A model generated the notes under the pieces. That model did not search any database, was not told the DNA's origin, and was given only the letters and a program-made list of their open reading frames with translations. From positions 1,292,783 to 1,356,782 of the forward strand of contig CM082580.2 in the NCBI GenBank assembly GCA_040954595.2: 64,000 bases of DNA, written 5' to 3'. Of this stretch, positions 12,401 through 26,405 are shown one piece after another. Each line of letters begins with the position of its first letter. Position 1 is the stretch's first letter. Made by a program: the position numbers and the translations under genes. Source of the DNA: Balanoglossus misakiensis (taxonomy: Eukaryota > Animalia > Hemichordata).

Positions 12401-14089
12401 TGGTTGCTTCCAAACACAGCCTCGTTTGTTTACAAAATTCTGTTGTGATGCGCAGAACACATATATAGGCCTATGCGCATAATAACGTTTTCCACTAGAC
12501 TCTGTAGATCGACGGATAGTTGTAAAATTTCCATGGTTGCTTCCAAACAGCCTCGTTTATTTACCGAATTCTGTTGTAAGGCACAGAACACATAGATAGG
12601 CCTATGTGCATAAGAAAGTTTTCCACTATAGACTCTGTAGATCGAGAGATAGTTCTAAAATGTCCATGGTTGCTTCCAAACACAGCCTCGTTTGTTTACA
12701 AAATTCTGTTGTGATGCGCAGAACACATATATAGGCCTATGCGCATAATAACGTTTTCCACTAGACTCTGTAGATCGACGGATAGTTGTAAAATTTCCAT
12801 GGTTGCTTCCAAACAGCCTCGTTTATTTACCGAATTCTGTTGTGAGGCGCAGAACACATAGATAGGCATATGTGCATAAGAAAGTTTTCCACTATAGACT
12901 CTGTAGATCGAGAGATAGTTCTAAAATGTCCATGGTTGCTACCAAACACAGCCTCGTTTGTTTACAAAATTCTGTTGTGATGCGCAGAACACATATATAG
13001 GCCTATGCGCATAAGAACGTTTCCACTAGACTCTGTAGATCGACGGATAGTTGTAAAATTTCCATGGTTGCTTCCAAACAGCCTCGTTTATTTACTGATT
13101 TCTGTTGTGAGGCGCAGAACACATGATAGGCCAATGCGCATAAGACATTTTTCCACTAGACTCTGTAGATCGACGGATAGTTGTAAAATTTCCATGGTTG
13201 CTTCCAAACAACCTCGTTTGTTTACGAATTCTGTTGTGATGCGCAGAACACATATATAGGCCTATGCGCATAGGAACGTTTTCCACTAGACTCTGTAGAT
13301 CGAGAGATAGTTCTAAAATTTCCATGGTTGCTTCCAAACAGCCTCGTTTATTTACCGAATTCTGTTGTGAGACGCAGAACACGTAAAAGGCCTATGCGCA
13401 TAAGAAAGTTTTCCACCAGACTCCGTAGATCGACGGAAAGTTGTAAAATTTCCATGGTTGCTTCCAAACAGCCTCGTTTATTTACCGAATTCTGTTGTGA
13501 GGCGCAGAACACATAGATAGGCCTATGTGCATAAGAAAGTTTTCCACTATAGACTCTGTAGATCGAGAGATAGTTCTAAAATGTCCATGGTTGCTACCAA
13601 ACACAGCCTCGTTTGTTTACAAAATTCTGTTGTGATGCGCAGAACACATAGATAGGCCTATGCGCATATGAACGTTTTCCACTATACACTGTAGATCGAG
13701 AGATAGTTCTAAAACTTCCATGTTTGCTTCCAAACAGCCTCGTTTATTTGCGGAATTCTGTTTTGAGGCGCAGAACACATAGATAGGCATATGTGAATAA
13801 GAAAGTTTTCCACTATAGACTCTGTAGATCGAGAGATAGTTGTAAAATTGCCATGGTTGCTTCCAAACAGCCTCGTTTATTTACCGATTTCTGTTGTGAG
13901 GCGCAGAACACATAGATAGGCCTATGCGCATAAAAAACTTTTCAACTTTAGATCAACGGATAGTTCTAAAACTTCCATGTTTGCTTCCAAACAGCCTCGT
14001 TTATTTGCGGAATTCTGTTTTGAGGCGCAGAACACATAGATAGGCATATGTGAATAAGAAAGTTTTCCACTATAGACTCTGTAGATCGA

Positions 14090-17000
14090 CGGATAGTTGT
14101 AAAATGTCCATGGTTGCTTCCAAATACAGCCTCGTTTATTTACCGATTTCTGTTGTGATGCGCATAACACATATATAGGCCTATGCGCAAAAGAACGTTT
14201 TCCACTAGACTCTGTAGATCGACGGATAGCTGTAAAATTTCCATGTTTGCTTGCAAACAGCCTCGTTTATTTACGGAATTCTGTTTTGAGGCGCAGAACA
14301 CATGATAGGCCTATGCGCATACGACATTTTTCCACTAGACTCTGTAGATCGACGGATAGTTGTAAAATGTCCATGGTTGCTTCCAAACAACCTCGTTTGT
14401 TTACCGAATTCTGTTGTGATGCGCAGAACACATATATAGGCCTATGCGCATAAGAACGTTTTCCACTAGACTCTGTAGATCGACGGATAGTTGTAAAATG
14501 TTCATGGTTGCTTCCAAATACAGCCTCGTTTATTTACCGATTTCTCTTGTGATGCGCATAACACATAGATAGGCCTATGCGCATTATAACGTTTTCCACT
14601 AGACTCTGTAGATCGACGGATAGTTGTAAAATTTCCATGGTTGCTTCCAAACAGCCTCGTTTATTTACCGAATTCTGTTGTTTGGCGCAGAACACGTTAT
14701 AGGCCTATGCGCATAAGAAAGTTTTCCACCAGACTCTGTAGATCGACGGATAGTTGTAAAATTTCCATGGTTGCTTCCAAACAGCCTCGTTTATTTACCG
14801 AATTCTGTTGTTAGGCGCAGAACACGTTATAGGCCTATGCGCATGAGAAAGTTTTCCACCAGACTCTGTAGATGGACTGATAGTTGTAAAATTTCCATGG
14901 TTGCTTCCAAACAGCCTCGTTTATTTACTGATTTCTGTTGTGAGGCGCAGAACACATGATAGGCCAATGCGCATAAGACATTTTTCCACTAGACTCTGTA
15001 GATCGACGGATAGTTGTAAAATTTCCATGGTTGCTTCCAAACAACCTCGTTTGTTTACGAATTCTGTTGTGATGCGCAGAACACATATATAGGGCTATGC
15101 GCATAAGAAAGTTTTCCACCAGACTCCGTAGATCGACGGATAGTTGTAAAATTTCCATGGTTGCTTCCAAACAGCCTCGTTTATTTACCGAATTCTGTTG
15201 TGAGGCGCAGAACACATAGATAGGCATATGTGCATAAGAAAGTTTTCCACTATAGACTCTGTAGATCGAGAGATAGTTCTAAAATGTCCATGGTTGCTAC
15301 CAAACACAGCCTCGTTTGTTTACAAAATTCTGTTGTGATGCGCAGAACACATAGATAGGCCTATGCGCATATGAACGTTTTCCACCATACACTGTAGATC
15401 GAGAGATAGTTCTAAAACTTCCATGTTTGCTTCCAACAACCTCGTTTATTTGCGGAATTCTGTTGTGATGCGCAGAACACATATATAGGCCTATGCGCAT
15501 AATAACGTTTTCCACTAGACTCTGTACATCGACGGATAGTTGTAAAATTTCCATGGTTGCTTCCAAACAGCCTCGTTTATTTACCGAATTCTGTTGTAAG
15601 GCACAGAACACATAGATAGGCCTATGTGCATAAGAAAGTTTTCCACTATAGACTCTGTAGATCGAGAGATAGTTCTAAAATGTCGATGGTTGCTTCCAAA
15701 CACAGCCTCGTTTGTTTACAAAATTCTGTTGTGATGCGCAGAACACATATATAGGCCTATGCGCATAATAACGTTTTCCACTAGACTCTGTAGATCGACG
15801 GATAGTTGTAAAATTTCCATGGTTGCTTCCAAACAGCCTCGTTTATTTACCGAATTCTGTTGTGAGGCGCAGAACACATAGATAGGCATATGTGCATAAG
15901 AAAGTTTTCCACTATAGACTCTGTAGATCGAGAGATAGTTCTAAAATGTCCATGGTTGCTTCCAAACACAGCCTCGTTTGTTTACAAAATTCTGTTGTGA
16001 TGCGCAGAACACATATATAGGCCTATGCGCATAAGAACGTTTCCACTAGACTCTGTAGATCGACGGATAGTTGTAAAATTTCCATGGTTGCTTCCAAACA
16101 GCCTCGTTTATTTACCGAATTCTGTTGTTAGGCGCAGAACACGTTATAGGCCTATGCGCATAAGAAAGTTTTCCACCAGACTCTGTAGATGGACTGATAG
16201 TTGTAAAATTTCCATGGTTGCTTCCAAACAGCCTCGTTTATTTACTGATTTCTGTTGTGAGGCGCAGAACACATGATAGGCCAATGCGCATAAGACATTT
16301 TTCCACTAGACTCTGTAGATCGACGGATAGTTGTAAAATTTCCATGGTTGCTTCCAAACAACCTCGTTTGTTTACGAATTCTGTTGTGATGCGCAGAACA
16401 CATATATAGGCCTATGCGCATAAGAACGTTTTCCACTAGACTCTGTAGATCGAGAGATAGTTCTAAAATTTCCATGGTTGCTTCCAAACAGCCTCGTTTA
16501 TTTACCGAATTCTGTTGTGAGACGCAGAACACGTAATAGGCCTATGCGCATAAGAAAGTTTTCCACCAGACTCCGTAGATCGACGGATAGTTGTAAAATT
16601 TCCATGGTTGCTTCCAAACAGCCTCGTTTATTTACCGAATTCTGTTGTGAGGCGCAGAACACATAGATAGGCATATGTGCATAAGAAAGTTTTCCACTAT
16701 AGACTCTGTAGATCGAGAGATAGTTCTAAAATGTCCATTGCTGCTACCAAACACAGCCTCGTTTGTTTACAAAATTCTGTTGTGATGCGCAGAACACATA
16801 TATAGGCCTATGCGCATATGAACGTTTTCCACTATACACTGTAGATCGAGAGATAGTTCTAAAACTTCCATGTTTGCTTCCAAACAGCCTCGTTTATTTG
16901 CGGAATTCTGTTTTGAGGCGCAGAACACATAGATAGGCATATGTGAATAAGAAAGTTTTCCACTATAGACTCTGTAGATCGAGAGATAGTTGTAAAATTT

Positions 17001-20000
17001 CCATGGTTGCTTCCAAACAGCCTCGTTTATTTACCGATTTCTGTTGTGAGGCGCAGAACACATAGATAGGCCTATGCGCATAAAAAACTTTTCAACTTTA
17101 GATCAACGGATAGTTCTAAAATTTCCATGGTTGTTTCCAAACAGCCTCGTTTATTTACCGAATTCTGTTGTGATGCGTAGAACACATACATATGCCTATG
17201 CGCATAAGAAAGTTTTCCACTAGACTCCGTAGATCGACGAATAGTTCTAAAATGTCCATGGTTGCTTCCAAACAAAGCCTGGTTTGTTTACAAAATTCTG
17301 TTGTGATGCGCAGAACACATAGATAGGCCTATGCGCATATGAACGTTTTCCACTATACTCTGTAGATCGAGAGATAGTTCTAAAATTGCCATGTTTGCTT
17401 CCAAACAGCCTCGTTTATTTACGGAATTCTGTTTTGAGGCGCAGAACACATAGATAGGCATATGTGCATAAGAAAGTTTTCCACTATAGACTCTGTAGAT
17501 CGAGAGATAGTTCTAAAATGTCCATGGTTGCTTCCAAACACAGCCTCGTTTGTTTACAAAATTCTTTTGTGATGCGCAGAACACATATATAGGCCTATGC
17601 GCATAAGAACGTTTTCCACTAGACTCTGTAGATCGACGGATAGTTGTAAAATTTCCATGGTTGCTTCCAAACAGCCTCGTTTATTTACCGAATTCTGTTG
17701 TGAGGCACAGAACACATAGATAGGCCTATGTGCATAAGAAAGTTTTCCACTATAGACTCTGTAGATCGAGAGATAGTTCTAAAATGTCCATGGTTGCTTC
17801 CAAACACAGCCTCGTTTATTTACGGAATTCTGTTTTTAGGCGCAGAACACATAGATAGGCATATGTGCATAAGAAAGTTTTCCACTATAGACTCTGTAGA
17901 TCGAGAGATAGTTCTAAAATGTCCATGGTTGCTTCCAAACACAGCCTCGTTTGTTTACAAAATTCTGTTGTGATGCGCAGAACACATATATAGGCCTATG
18001 CGCAAAAGAACGTTTTCCACTAGACTCTGTAGATCGACGGATAGCTGTAAAATTTCCATGGTTGCTTCCAAACTGCCTCGTTTATTTACCGATTTCTGTT
18101 GTGAGGCGCAGAACACATGATAGGCCTATGCGCATAAGACATTTTTCCACTAGACTCTGTAGATCGACGGATAGTTCTAAAATTTCCATGGTTGCTTCCA
18201 AACAGCCTCGTTTATTTACGGAATTCTGTTGTGAGGCGCAGAACACGTAATAGGCCTATGCGCATTAGAAAGTTTTCCACAAGACTCTGTAGATCGACGG
18301 ATAGTTGTAAAATGTCCATGGTTGCTTCCAAATACAGCCTCGTTTATTTACCGATTTCTGTTGTGATGCGCATAACACATATATAGGCCTATGCGCAAAA
18401 GAACGTTTTCCACTAGACTCTGTAGATCGACGGATAGCTGTAAAATTTCCATGTTTGCTTGCAAACAGCCTCGTTTATTTACGGAATTCTGTTTTGAGGC
18501 GCAGAACACATGATAGGCCTATGCGCATACGACATTTTTCCACTAGACTCTGTAGATCGACGGATAGTTGTAAAATGTCCATGGTTGCTTCCAAACAACC
18601 TCGTTTGTTTACCGAATTCTGTTGTGATGCGCAGAACACATATATAGGCCTATGCGCATAAGAACGTTTTCCACTAGACTCTGTAGATCGACGGATAGTT
18701 GTAAAATGTTCATGGTTGCTTCCAAATACAGCCTCGTTTATTTACCGATTTCTGTTGTGATGCGCATAACACATAGATAGGCCTATGCGCATTATAACGT
18801 TTTCCACTAGACTCTGTAGATCGACGGATAGTTGTAAAATTTCCATGGTTGCTTCCAAACAGCCTCGTTTATTTACCGAATTCTGTTGTTTGGCGCAGAA
18901 CACGTTATAGGCCTATGCGCATAAGAAAGTTTTCCACCAGACTCTGTAGATCGACGGATAGTTGTAAAATTTCCATGGTTGCTTCCAAACAGCCTCGTTT
19001 ATTTACCGAATTCTGTTGTTAGGCGCAGAACACGTTATAGGCCTATGCGCATAAGAAAGTTTTCCACCAGACTCTGTAGATGGACTGATAGTTGTAAAAT
19101 TTCCATGGTTGCTTCCAAACAGCCTCGTTTATTTACTGATTTCTGTTGTGAGGCGCAGAACACATGATAGGCCAATGCGCATAAGACATTTTTCCACTAG
19201 ACTCTGTAGATCGACGGATAGTTGTAAAATTTCCATGGTTGCTTCCAAACAACCTCGTTTGTTTACGAATTCTGTTGTGATGCGCAGAACACATATATAG
19301 GGCTATGCGCATAAGAAAGTTTTCCACCAGACTCCGTAGATCGACGGATAGTTGTAAAATTTCCATGGTTGCTTCCAAACAGCCTCGTTTATTTACCGAA
19401 TTCTGTTGTGAGGCGCAGAACACATAGATAGGCATATGTGCATAAGAAAGTTTTCCACTATAGACTCTGTAGATCGAGAGATAGTTCTAAAATGTCCATG
19501 GTTGCTACCAAACACAGCCTCGTTTGTTTACAAAATTCTGTTGTGATGCGCAGAACACATAGATAGGCCTATGCGCATATGAACGTTTTCCACCATACAC
19601 TGTAGATCGAGAGATAGTTCTAAAACTTCCATGTTTGCTTCCAACAACCTCGTTTATTTGCGGAATTCTGTTGTGATGCGCAGAACACATATATAGGCCT
19701 ATGCGCATAATAACGTTTTCCACTAGACTCTGTACATCGACGGATAGTTGTAAAATTTCCATGGTTGCTTCCAAACAGCCTCGTTTATTTACCGAATTCT
19801 GTTGTAAGGCACAGAACACATAGATAGGCCTATGTGCATAAGAAAGTTTTCCACTATAGACTCTGTAGATCGAGAGATAGTTCTAAAATGTCGATGGTTG
19901 CTTCCAAACACAGCCTCGTTTGTTTACAAAATTCTGTTGTGATGCGCAGAACACATATATAGGCCTATGCGCATAATAACGTTTTCCACTAGACTCTGTA

Positions 20001-21810
20001 GATCGACGGATAGTTGTAAAATTTCCATGGTTGCTTCCAAACAGCCTCGTTTATTTACCGAATTCTGTTGTGAGGCGCAGAACACATAGATAGGCATATG
20101 TGCATAAGAAAGTTTTCCACTATAGACTCTGTAGATCGAGAGATAGTTCTAAAATGTCCATGGTTGCTACCAAACACAGCCTCGTTTGTTTACAAAATTC
20201 TGTTGTGATGCGCAGAACACATATATAGGCCTATGCGCATAAGAACGTTTCCACTAGACTCTGTAGATGGACTGATAGTTGTAAAATTTCCATGGTTGCT
20301 TCCAAACAGCCTCGTTTATTTACTGATTTCTGTTGTGAGGCGCAGAACACATGATAGGCCGATGCGCATAAGACATTTTTCCACTAGACTCTGTAGATCG
20401 ACGGATAGTTGTAAAATTTCCATGGTTGCTTCCAAACAACCTCGTTTGTTTACGAATTCTGTTGTGATGCGCAGAACACATATATAGGCCTATGCGCATA
20501 AGAACGTTTTCCACTAGACTCTGTAGATCGAGAGATAGTTCTAAAATTTCCATGGTTGCTTCCAAACAGCCTCGTTTATTTACCGAATTCTGTTGTGAGA
20601 CGCAGAACACGTAATAGGCCTATGCGCATAAGAAAGTTTTCCACCAGACTCCGTAGATCGACGGATAGTTGTAAAATTTCCATGGTTGCTTCCAAACAGC
20701 CTCGTTTATTTACCGAATTCTGTTGTGAGGCGCAGAACACATAGATAGGCATATGTGCATAAGAAAGTTTTCCACTATAGACTCTGTAGATCGAGAGATA
20801 GTTCTAAAATGTCCATTGCTGCTACCAAACACAGCCTCGTTTGTTTACAAAATTCTGTTGTGATGCGCAGAACACATATATAGGCCTATGCGCATATGAA
20901 CGTTTTCCACTATACACTGTAGATCGAGAGATAGTTCTAAAACTTCCATGTTTGCTTCCAAACAGCCTCGTTTATTTGCGGAATTCTGTTTTGAGGCGCA
21001 GAACACATAGATAGGCATATGTGAATAAGAAAGTTTTCCACTATAGACTCTGTAGATCGAGAGATAGTTGTAAAATTTCCATGGTTGCTTCCAAACAGCC
21101 TCGTTTATTTACCGATTTCTGTTGTGAGGCGCAGAACACATAGATAGGCCTATGCGCATAAAAAACTTTTCAACTTTAGATCAACGGATAGTTCTAAAAT
21201 TTCCATGGTTGTTTCCAAACAGCCTCGTTTATTTACCGAATTCTGTTGTGATGCGTAGAACACATACATATGCCTATGCGCATAAGAAAGTTTTCCACTA
21301 GACTCCGTAGATCGACGAATAGTTCTAAAATGTCCATGGTTGCTTCCAAACAAAGCCTGGTTTGTTTACAAAATTCTGTTGTGATGCGCAGAACACATAG
21401 ATAGGCCTATGCGCATATGAACGTTTTCCACTATACTCTGTAGATCGAGAGATAGTTCTAAAATTGCCATGTTTGCTTCCAAACAGCCTCGTTTATTTAC
21501 GGAATTCTGTTTTGAGGCGCAGAACACATAGATAGGCATATGTGCATAAGAAAGTTTTCCACTATAGACTCTGTAGATCGAGAGATAGTTCTAAAATGTC
21601 CATGGTTGCTTCCAAACACAGCCTCGTTTGTTTACAAAATTCTTTTGTGATGCGCAGAACACATATATAGGCCTATGCGCATAAGAACGTTTTCCACTAG
21701 ACTCTGTAGATCGACGGATAGTTGTAAAATTTCCATGGTTGCTTCCAAACAGCCTCGTTTATTTACCGAATTCTGTTGTGAGGCACAGAACACATAGATA
21801 GGCCTATGTG
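14090..21810. repeat. Higher-order duplication, 4208-bp period (4078 after a one-monomer loss)
   Basis: ORF pairs 14247/18455, 14771/18979, 15297/19505 and 16025/20233 are offset by 4208; 16478/20556 and 17072/21150 by 4078. Shared rare variants include GTACATC, GTCGATGG and CCATTGCTG. Confidence 0.85.
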
Positions 21811-24800
21811 CATAAGAAAGTTTTCCACTATAGACTCTGTAGATCGAGAGATAGTTCTAAAATGTCCATGGTTGCTTCCAAACACAGCCTCGTTTGTTTA
21901 CAAAATTCTGTTGTGATGCGCAGAACACATATATAGGCCTATGCGCATAATAACGTTTTCCACTAGACTCTGTAGATCGACGGATAGTTGTAAAATTTCC
22001 ATGGTTGCTTCCAAACAGCCTCGTTTATTTACCGAATTCTGTTGTGAGGCGCAGAAAACATAGATAGGCATATGTGCATAAGAAAGTTTTCCACTATAGA
22101 CTCTGTAGATCGAGAGATAGTTCTAAAATGTCCATGGTTGCTACCAAACACAGCCTCGTTTGTTTACAAAATTCTGTTGTGATGCGCAGAACACATATAT
22201 AGGCCTATGCGCATAAGAACGTTTCCACTAGACTCTGTAGATCGACGGATAGCTGTAAAATTTCCATGGTTGCTTTTAAACAGCCTCGTTTATTTACCGA
22301 TTTCTGTTGTGAGGCGCAGAACACATAGATAGGCATATGTGCATAAGAAAGTTTTCCACTATAGACTCTGTAGATCGAGAGATAGTTCTAAAATGTCCAT
22401 GGTTGCTACCAAACACAGCCTCGTTTGTTTACAAAATTCTGTTGTGATGCGCAGAACACATATATAGGCCTATGCGCATAAGAACGTTTCCACTAGACTC
22501 TGTAGATCGACGGATAGCTGTAAAATTTCCATGGTTGCTTCCAAACAGCCTCGTTTATTTACCGATTTCTGTTGTGAGGCGCAGAACACATGATAGGCCT
22601 ATGCGCATGAGACATTTTTCCACTAGACTCTGTAGATCGACGGATAGTTGTAAAATTTCATGGTTGCTTCCAAATACAGCCTCGTTTATTTACCGATTTC
22701 TGTTGTGAGGCGCAGAACACATAGATAGGCCTATGTGCATAAGAAAGTTTTCCACTATAGACTCTGTAGATCGAGAGATAGTTCTAAAATGTCCATGGTT
22801 GCTTCCAAACACAGCCTCGTTTGTTTACAAAATTCTGTTGTGATGCGCAGAACACATATATAGGCCTATGCGCATAATAACGTTTTCCACTAGACTCTGT
22901 AGATCGACGGATAGTTGTAAAATTTCCATGGTTGCTTCCAAACAGCCTCGTTTATTTACCGAATTCTGTTGTGAGGCGCAGAACACATAGATAGGCATAT
23001 GTGCATAAGAAAGTTTTCCACTATAGACTCTGTAGATCGAGAGATAGTTCTAAAATGTCCATGGTTGCTACCAAACACAGCCTCGTTTGTTTACAAAATT
23101 CTGTTGTGATGCGCAGAACACACATATAGGCCTATGCGCATAAGAACGTTTCCACTAGACTCTGTAGATCGACGGATAGCTGTAAAATTTCATGGTTGCT
23201 TCAAAATACAGCCTCGTTTATTTACCGATTTCTGTTGTGATGCGCATAACACATAGATAGGCATATGCGCATAAGAACGTTTTACACTAGACTCTGTAGA
23301 TCGACGGATAGTTGTACAATTTCCATGGTTGCTTCCAAACAGCCTCGTTTATTTACCGATTTCTGTTGTGAGGCGCAGAACACATGATAGGCCTATGCGC
23401 ATAAGACATTTTTCCACTAGACTCTGTAGATCGACGGATAGTTCTAAAATTTCCATGGTTGCTTCCAAACAGCCTCGTTTATTTACCGAATTCTGTTGTG
23501 AGGCGCAGAGCACGTAATAGGCCTATGCGCATAAGAAAGTTTTCCACCAGACTCTGTAGATCGACGGATAGTTGTACAATTTCCATGGTTGCTTCCAAAC
23601 AGCCTCGTTTATTTACCGATTTCTGTTGTGATGCGCAGAACACATAGATAGGCATATGTGCATAATAAAGTTTTCCACTAGACTCTGTAGATCGAGAGAT
23701 AGTTCTAAAATTTCCTTGGTTGCTTCCAAACACAGCCTCGTTTGTTTACAAAATTCTGTTGTGATGCGCAGAACACATATATAGGCCTATGCGCATAATA
23801 ACGTTTTCCACTAGACTCTGTAGATCGACGGATAGTTGTAAAATTTCCATGGTTGCTTCCAAACAGCCTCGTTTATTTACCGAATTCTGTTGTGAGGCGC
23901 AGAACACATAGATAGGCATATGTGCATAAGAAAGTTTTCCACTATAGACTCTATAGATCGAGAGATAGTTCTAAAATGTCCATGGTTGCTTCCAAACACA
24001 GCCTCGTTTGTTTACAAAATTCTGTTGTGATGCGCAGAACACATATATAGGCCTATGCGCATCAGAACGTTTCCACTAGACTCTGTAGATCGACGGATAG
24101 CTGTAAAATTTCCATGGTTGCTTTTAAACAGCCTCGTTTATTTACCGATTTCTGTTGTGAGGCGCAGAACACATAGATAGGCATATGTGCATAAGAAAGT
24201 TTTCCACTATAGACTCTGTAGATCGAGAGATAGTTCTAAAATGTCCATGGTTGCTACCAAACACAGCCTCGTTTGTTTACAAAATTCTGTTGTGATGCGC
24301 AGAACACATATATAGGCCTATGCGCATAAGAACGTTTCCACTAGACTCTGTAGATCGACGGATAGCTGTAAAATTTCCATGGTTGCTTCCAAACAGCCTC
24401 GTTTATTTACCGATTTCTGTTGTGAGGCGCAGAACACATGATAGGCCTATGCGCATGAGACATTTTTCCACTAGACTCTGTAGATCGACGGATAGTTGTA
24501 AAATTTCATGGTTGCTTCCAAATACAGCCTCGTTTATTTACCGATTTCTGTTGTGAGGCGCAGAACACATAGATAGGCCTATGTGCATAAGAAAGTTTTC
24601 CACTATAGACTCTGTAGATCGAGAGATAGTTCTAAAATGTCCATGGTTGCTTCCAAACACAGCCTCGTTTGTTTACAAAATTCTGTTGTGATGCGCAGAA
24701 CACATATATAGGCCTATGCGCATAATAACGTTTTCCACTAGACTCTGTAGATCGACGGATAGTTGTAAAATTTCCATGGTTGCTTCCAAACAGCCTCGTT

Positions 24801-24912
24801 TATTTACCGAATTCTGTTGTGAGGCGCAGAACACATAGATAGGCATATGTGCATAAGAAAGTTTTCCACTATAGACTCTGTAGATCGAGAGATAGTTCTA
24901 AAATGTCCATGG

Positions 24913-24919
24913 TTGCTAC
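24913..24919. repeat. Target-site duplication, left copy (TTGCTAC)
   Basis: Repeated at 26406-26412. It reads as 9-bp GTTGCTACC if the terminal C/G are assigned to the target. Confidence 0.88.
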
Positions 24920-24951
24920 CATGGACGTAAAAAGAGAAGGACTTAGGACTG
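24920..24951 (+). repeat. Left terminal inverted repeat (32 bp)
   Basis: CATGGACGTAAAAAGAGAAGGACTTAGGACTG, the exact reverse complement of 26374-26405. Confidence 0.97.
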
Positions 24952-25229
24952 CCGCTTAAGCCCATTCACACCTATTGTATTCGCTTTGTCTACGCTGTCC
25001 TTTGACGTTGGGTGACCGTTGCCGGTGTCAACGTACGCAGTGACACACCCCCTCGGGTACTCTCAGCAGTACTCACGAAAACTTGCTGTTTAAGTCACAA
25101 AGAAGTGGTAAATTACTGTAAAATTATCACCATTTTTTTGTCTCGATGTAACGGACATAAAGAAGTAAAAACAGAAAAAATCGACGCATATTTGACCAAA
25201 TGGCGAACCGATCTTTATAAGCATGCTAA

Positions 25230-25658
25230 AAAAACAAGACATTTTAAAATCACTCTCACTTTAAAAGTTCAAGGGTCCTACGTCTAATTTTTGCATTTAA
25301 GAGGAGACGAAGCAATAAACTTTCAGAAAATGTGCGTCTTATATGCAGGAGCACATGGCCATTTTCGCTATCCACGTTCGGATTTTGCCAATTTTCGCGA
25401 AGTGCGGTTACTCTATCGCCATAGGATTACACGTAAACCATCAAAGCATTTTCAAAAACAAGACATTTTAAAATCACTCTCACGTTAAAAGTACAAGGGT
25501 CCTACGTCTAATTTTTGCAGTAAAGTGGAGACGAAGCAATAAACTTTCAGAAAATGTGCGTCTTATAGGCAGAAGCACATGGCCATTTTCGCTATCCACG
25601 TTCGGATTTTGCCAATTTTCGCGATGTGCGGTTACTTTATCGCCATAGGATTACACGT
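25230..25658. repeat. Internal tandem duplication in the transposon (two ~205-bp copies, 224-bp period)
   Basis: 25230-25434 versus 25454-25658 (AAAAACAAGACATTTTAAAATCACTCTCAC...GCCATAGGATTACACGT), about 9 substitutions counted by eye. Confidence 0.95.
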
Positions 25659-25964
25659 TAAATGATCGCGTCCACAATCGTCGACTTCGAGTGGAATTGC
25701 CGGTAAACCAAACGGTGCCTACAATATCTGTTCGATCGGCATAAAACCTTTAATGTATGTTGTAATTTGTGGACTACATGACAAGAGCTACCAGCTTGGC
25801 CAAAGACGCAATTCATGTTTTTTTCAGCGTAGATTTGGTGCATACGGGCCAAATCTCCTCGATGGTTCAAAGTCAAAGGTCACGCACATGCGCGTTCCAT
25901 GCAGCCTGATGTTTATTCTTTACTATCAATCACGTGATCTGGCAATGTGTCACATGGCGCAGTC

Positions 25965-26157
25965 ATTTCCAGATGACGGGCAAGCAATATTTCGGCATCC
26001 AGTAAAAGTTTTTCCGAGTATGTTTTTACTTTAGAACCGCCAAACACATAACATGTATCGGGTATGTTGCCTCATCAGCCTCATTGCATTTCGTCTGCAC
26101 AGTCTTTGTCTGCACCACGTAAGTCCACGTTGCTGAAGTTGCCCGTCATCTGGAAAT
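25965..26157. repeat. Internal perfect 19-bp inverted repeat in the transposon
   Basis: ATTTCCAGATGACGGGCAA (25965-25983) and TTGCCCGTCATCTGGAAAT (26139-26157), with a 155-bp spacer. Confidence 0.93.
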
Positions 26158-26373
26158 CTGAACGCGAACGTAACTGCCACCTGAACGCGTCTGACGTCAT
26201 TTGATAGCGAAGAATATGATCACTTGACTCCAACGGAAACACCCGAACAGTACCGAATATAGTACCCGAACCCACTCTTGAATAAATTACGGGTATAATC
26301 CGATTAAAGTATTACGGAGTATTAGGAGATAACGGAGCGGCGGCAACCATCACCTGAACAATAGCTCAATGGA

Positions 26374-26405
26374 CAGTCCTAAGTCCTTCTCTTTTTACGT
26401 CCATG
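26374..26405 (-). repeat. Right terminal inverted repeat (32 bp)
   Basis: CAGTCCTAAGTCCTTCTCTTTTTACGTCCATG, the exact reverse complement of 24920-24951. Confidence 0.97.

Larger units (their letters stand above)
982..24919. repeat. Tandem satellite array, ~131-bp monomer, left of the transposon insertion
   Basis: Consensus GCGCAGAACACATAGATAGGCCTATGCGCATAAGAAAGTTTTCCACTAGACTCTGTAGATCGACGGATAGTTSTAAAATTTCCATGGTTGCTTCCAAACAGCCTCGTTTATTTACCGAATTCTGTTGTGAK (131 nt) repeats head-to-tail from ATGCGCAGAAC at 982. Recurrent indel variants give 130 (CATGATAGG), 133 (AAACACAG), 135 (plus CTATAGAC) and 124 bp monomers. Confidence 0.98.
24920..26405. mobile_element. Non-autonomous TIR DNA transposon, 1486 bp, P-superfamily-like (CATG termini, 7-bp TSD)
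   Basis: Perfect 32-bp TIRs at 24920-24951 and 26374-26405. TTGCTAC is duplicated at 24913-24919 and 26406-26412. Empty sites at 23065 and 54946 show 1493 bp were added. No transposase ORF (longest 93 aa). The superfamily assignment is inference. Confidence 0.93.

Noticed and set aside
25880-26200. E-box CACGTG (25931) and CRE TGACGTCA (26192) in the element as a promoter
   Set aside because: Short motifs with no downstream gene or transcript evidence.
25012-26275. Short ORFs in the insertion as transposase remnants
   Set aside because: They are 64-93 aa, partly made of the internal duplication, with no recognisable THAP C2CH or DDE motif. A tBLASTn or HMM search would settle it.
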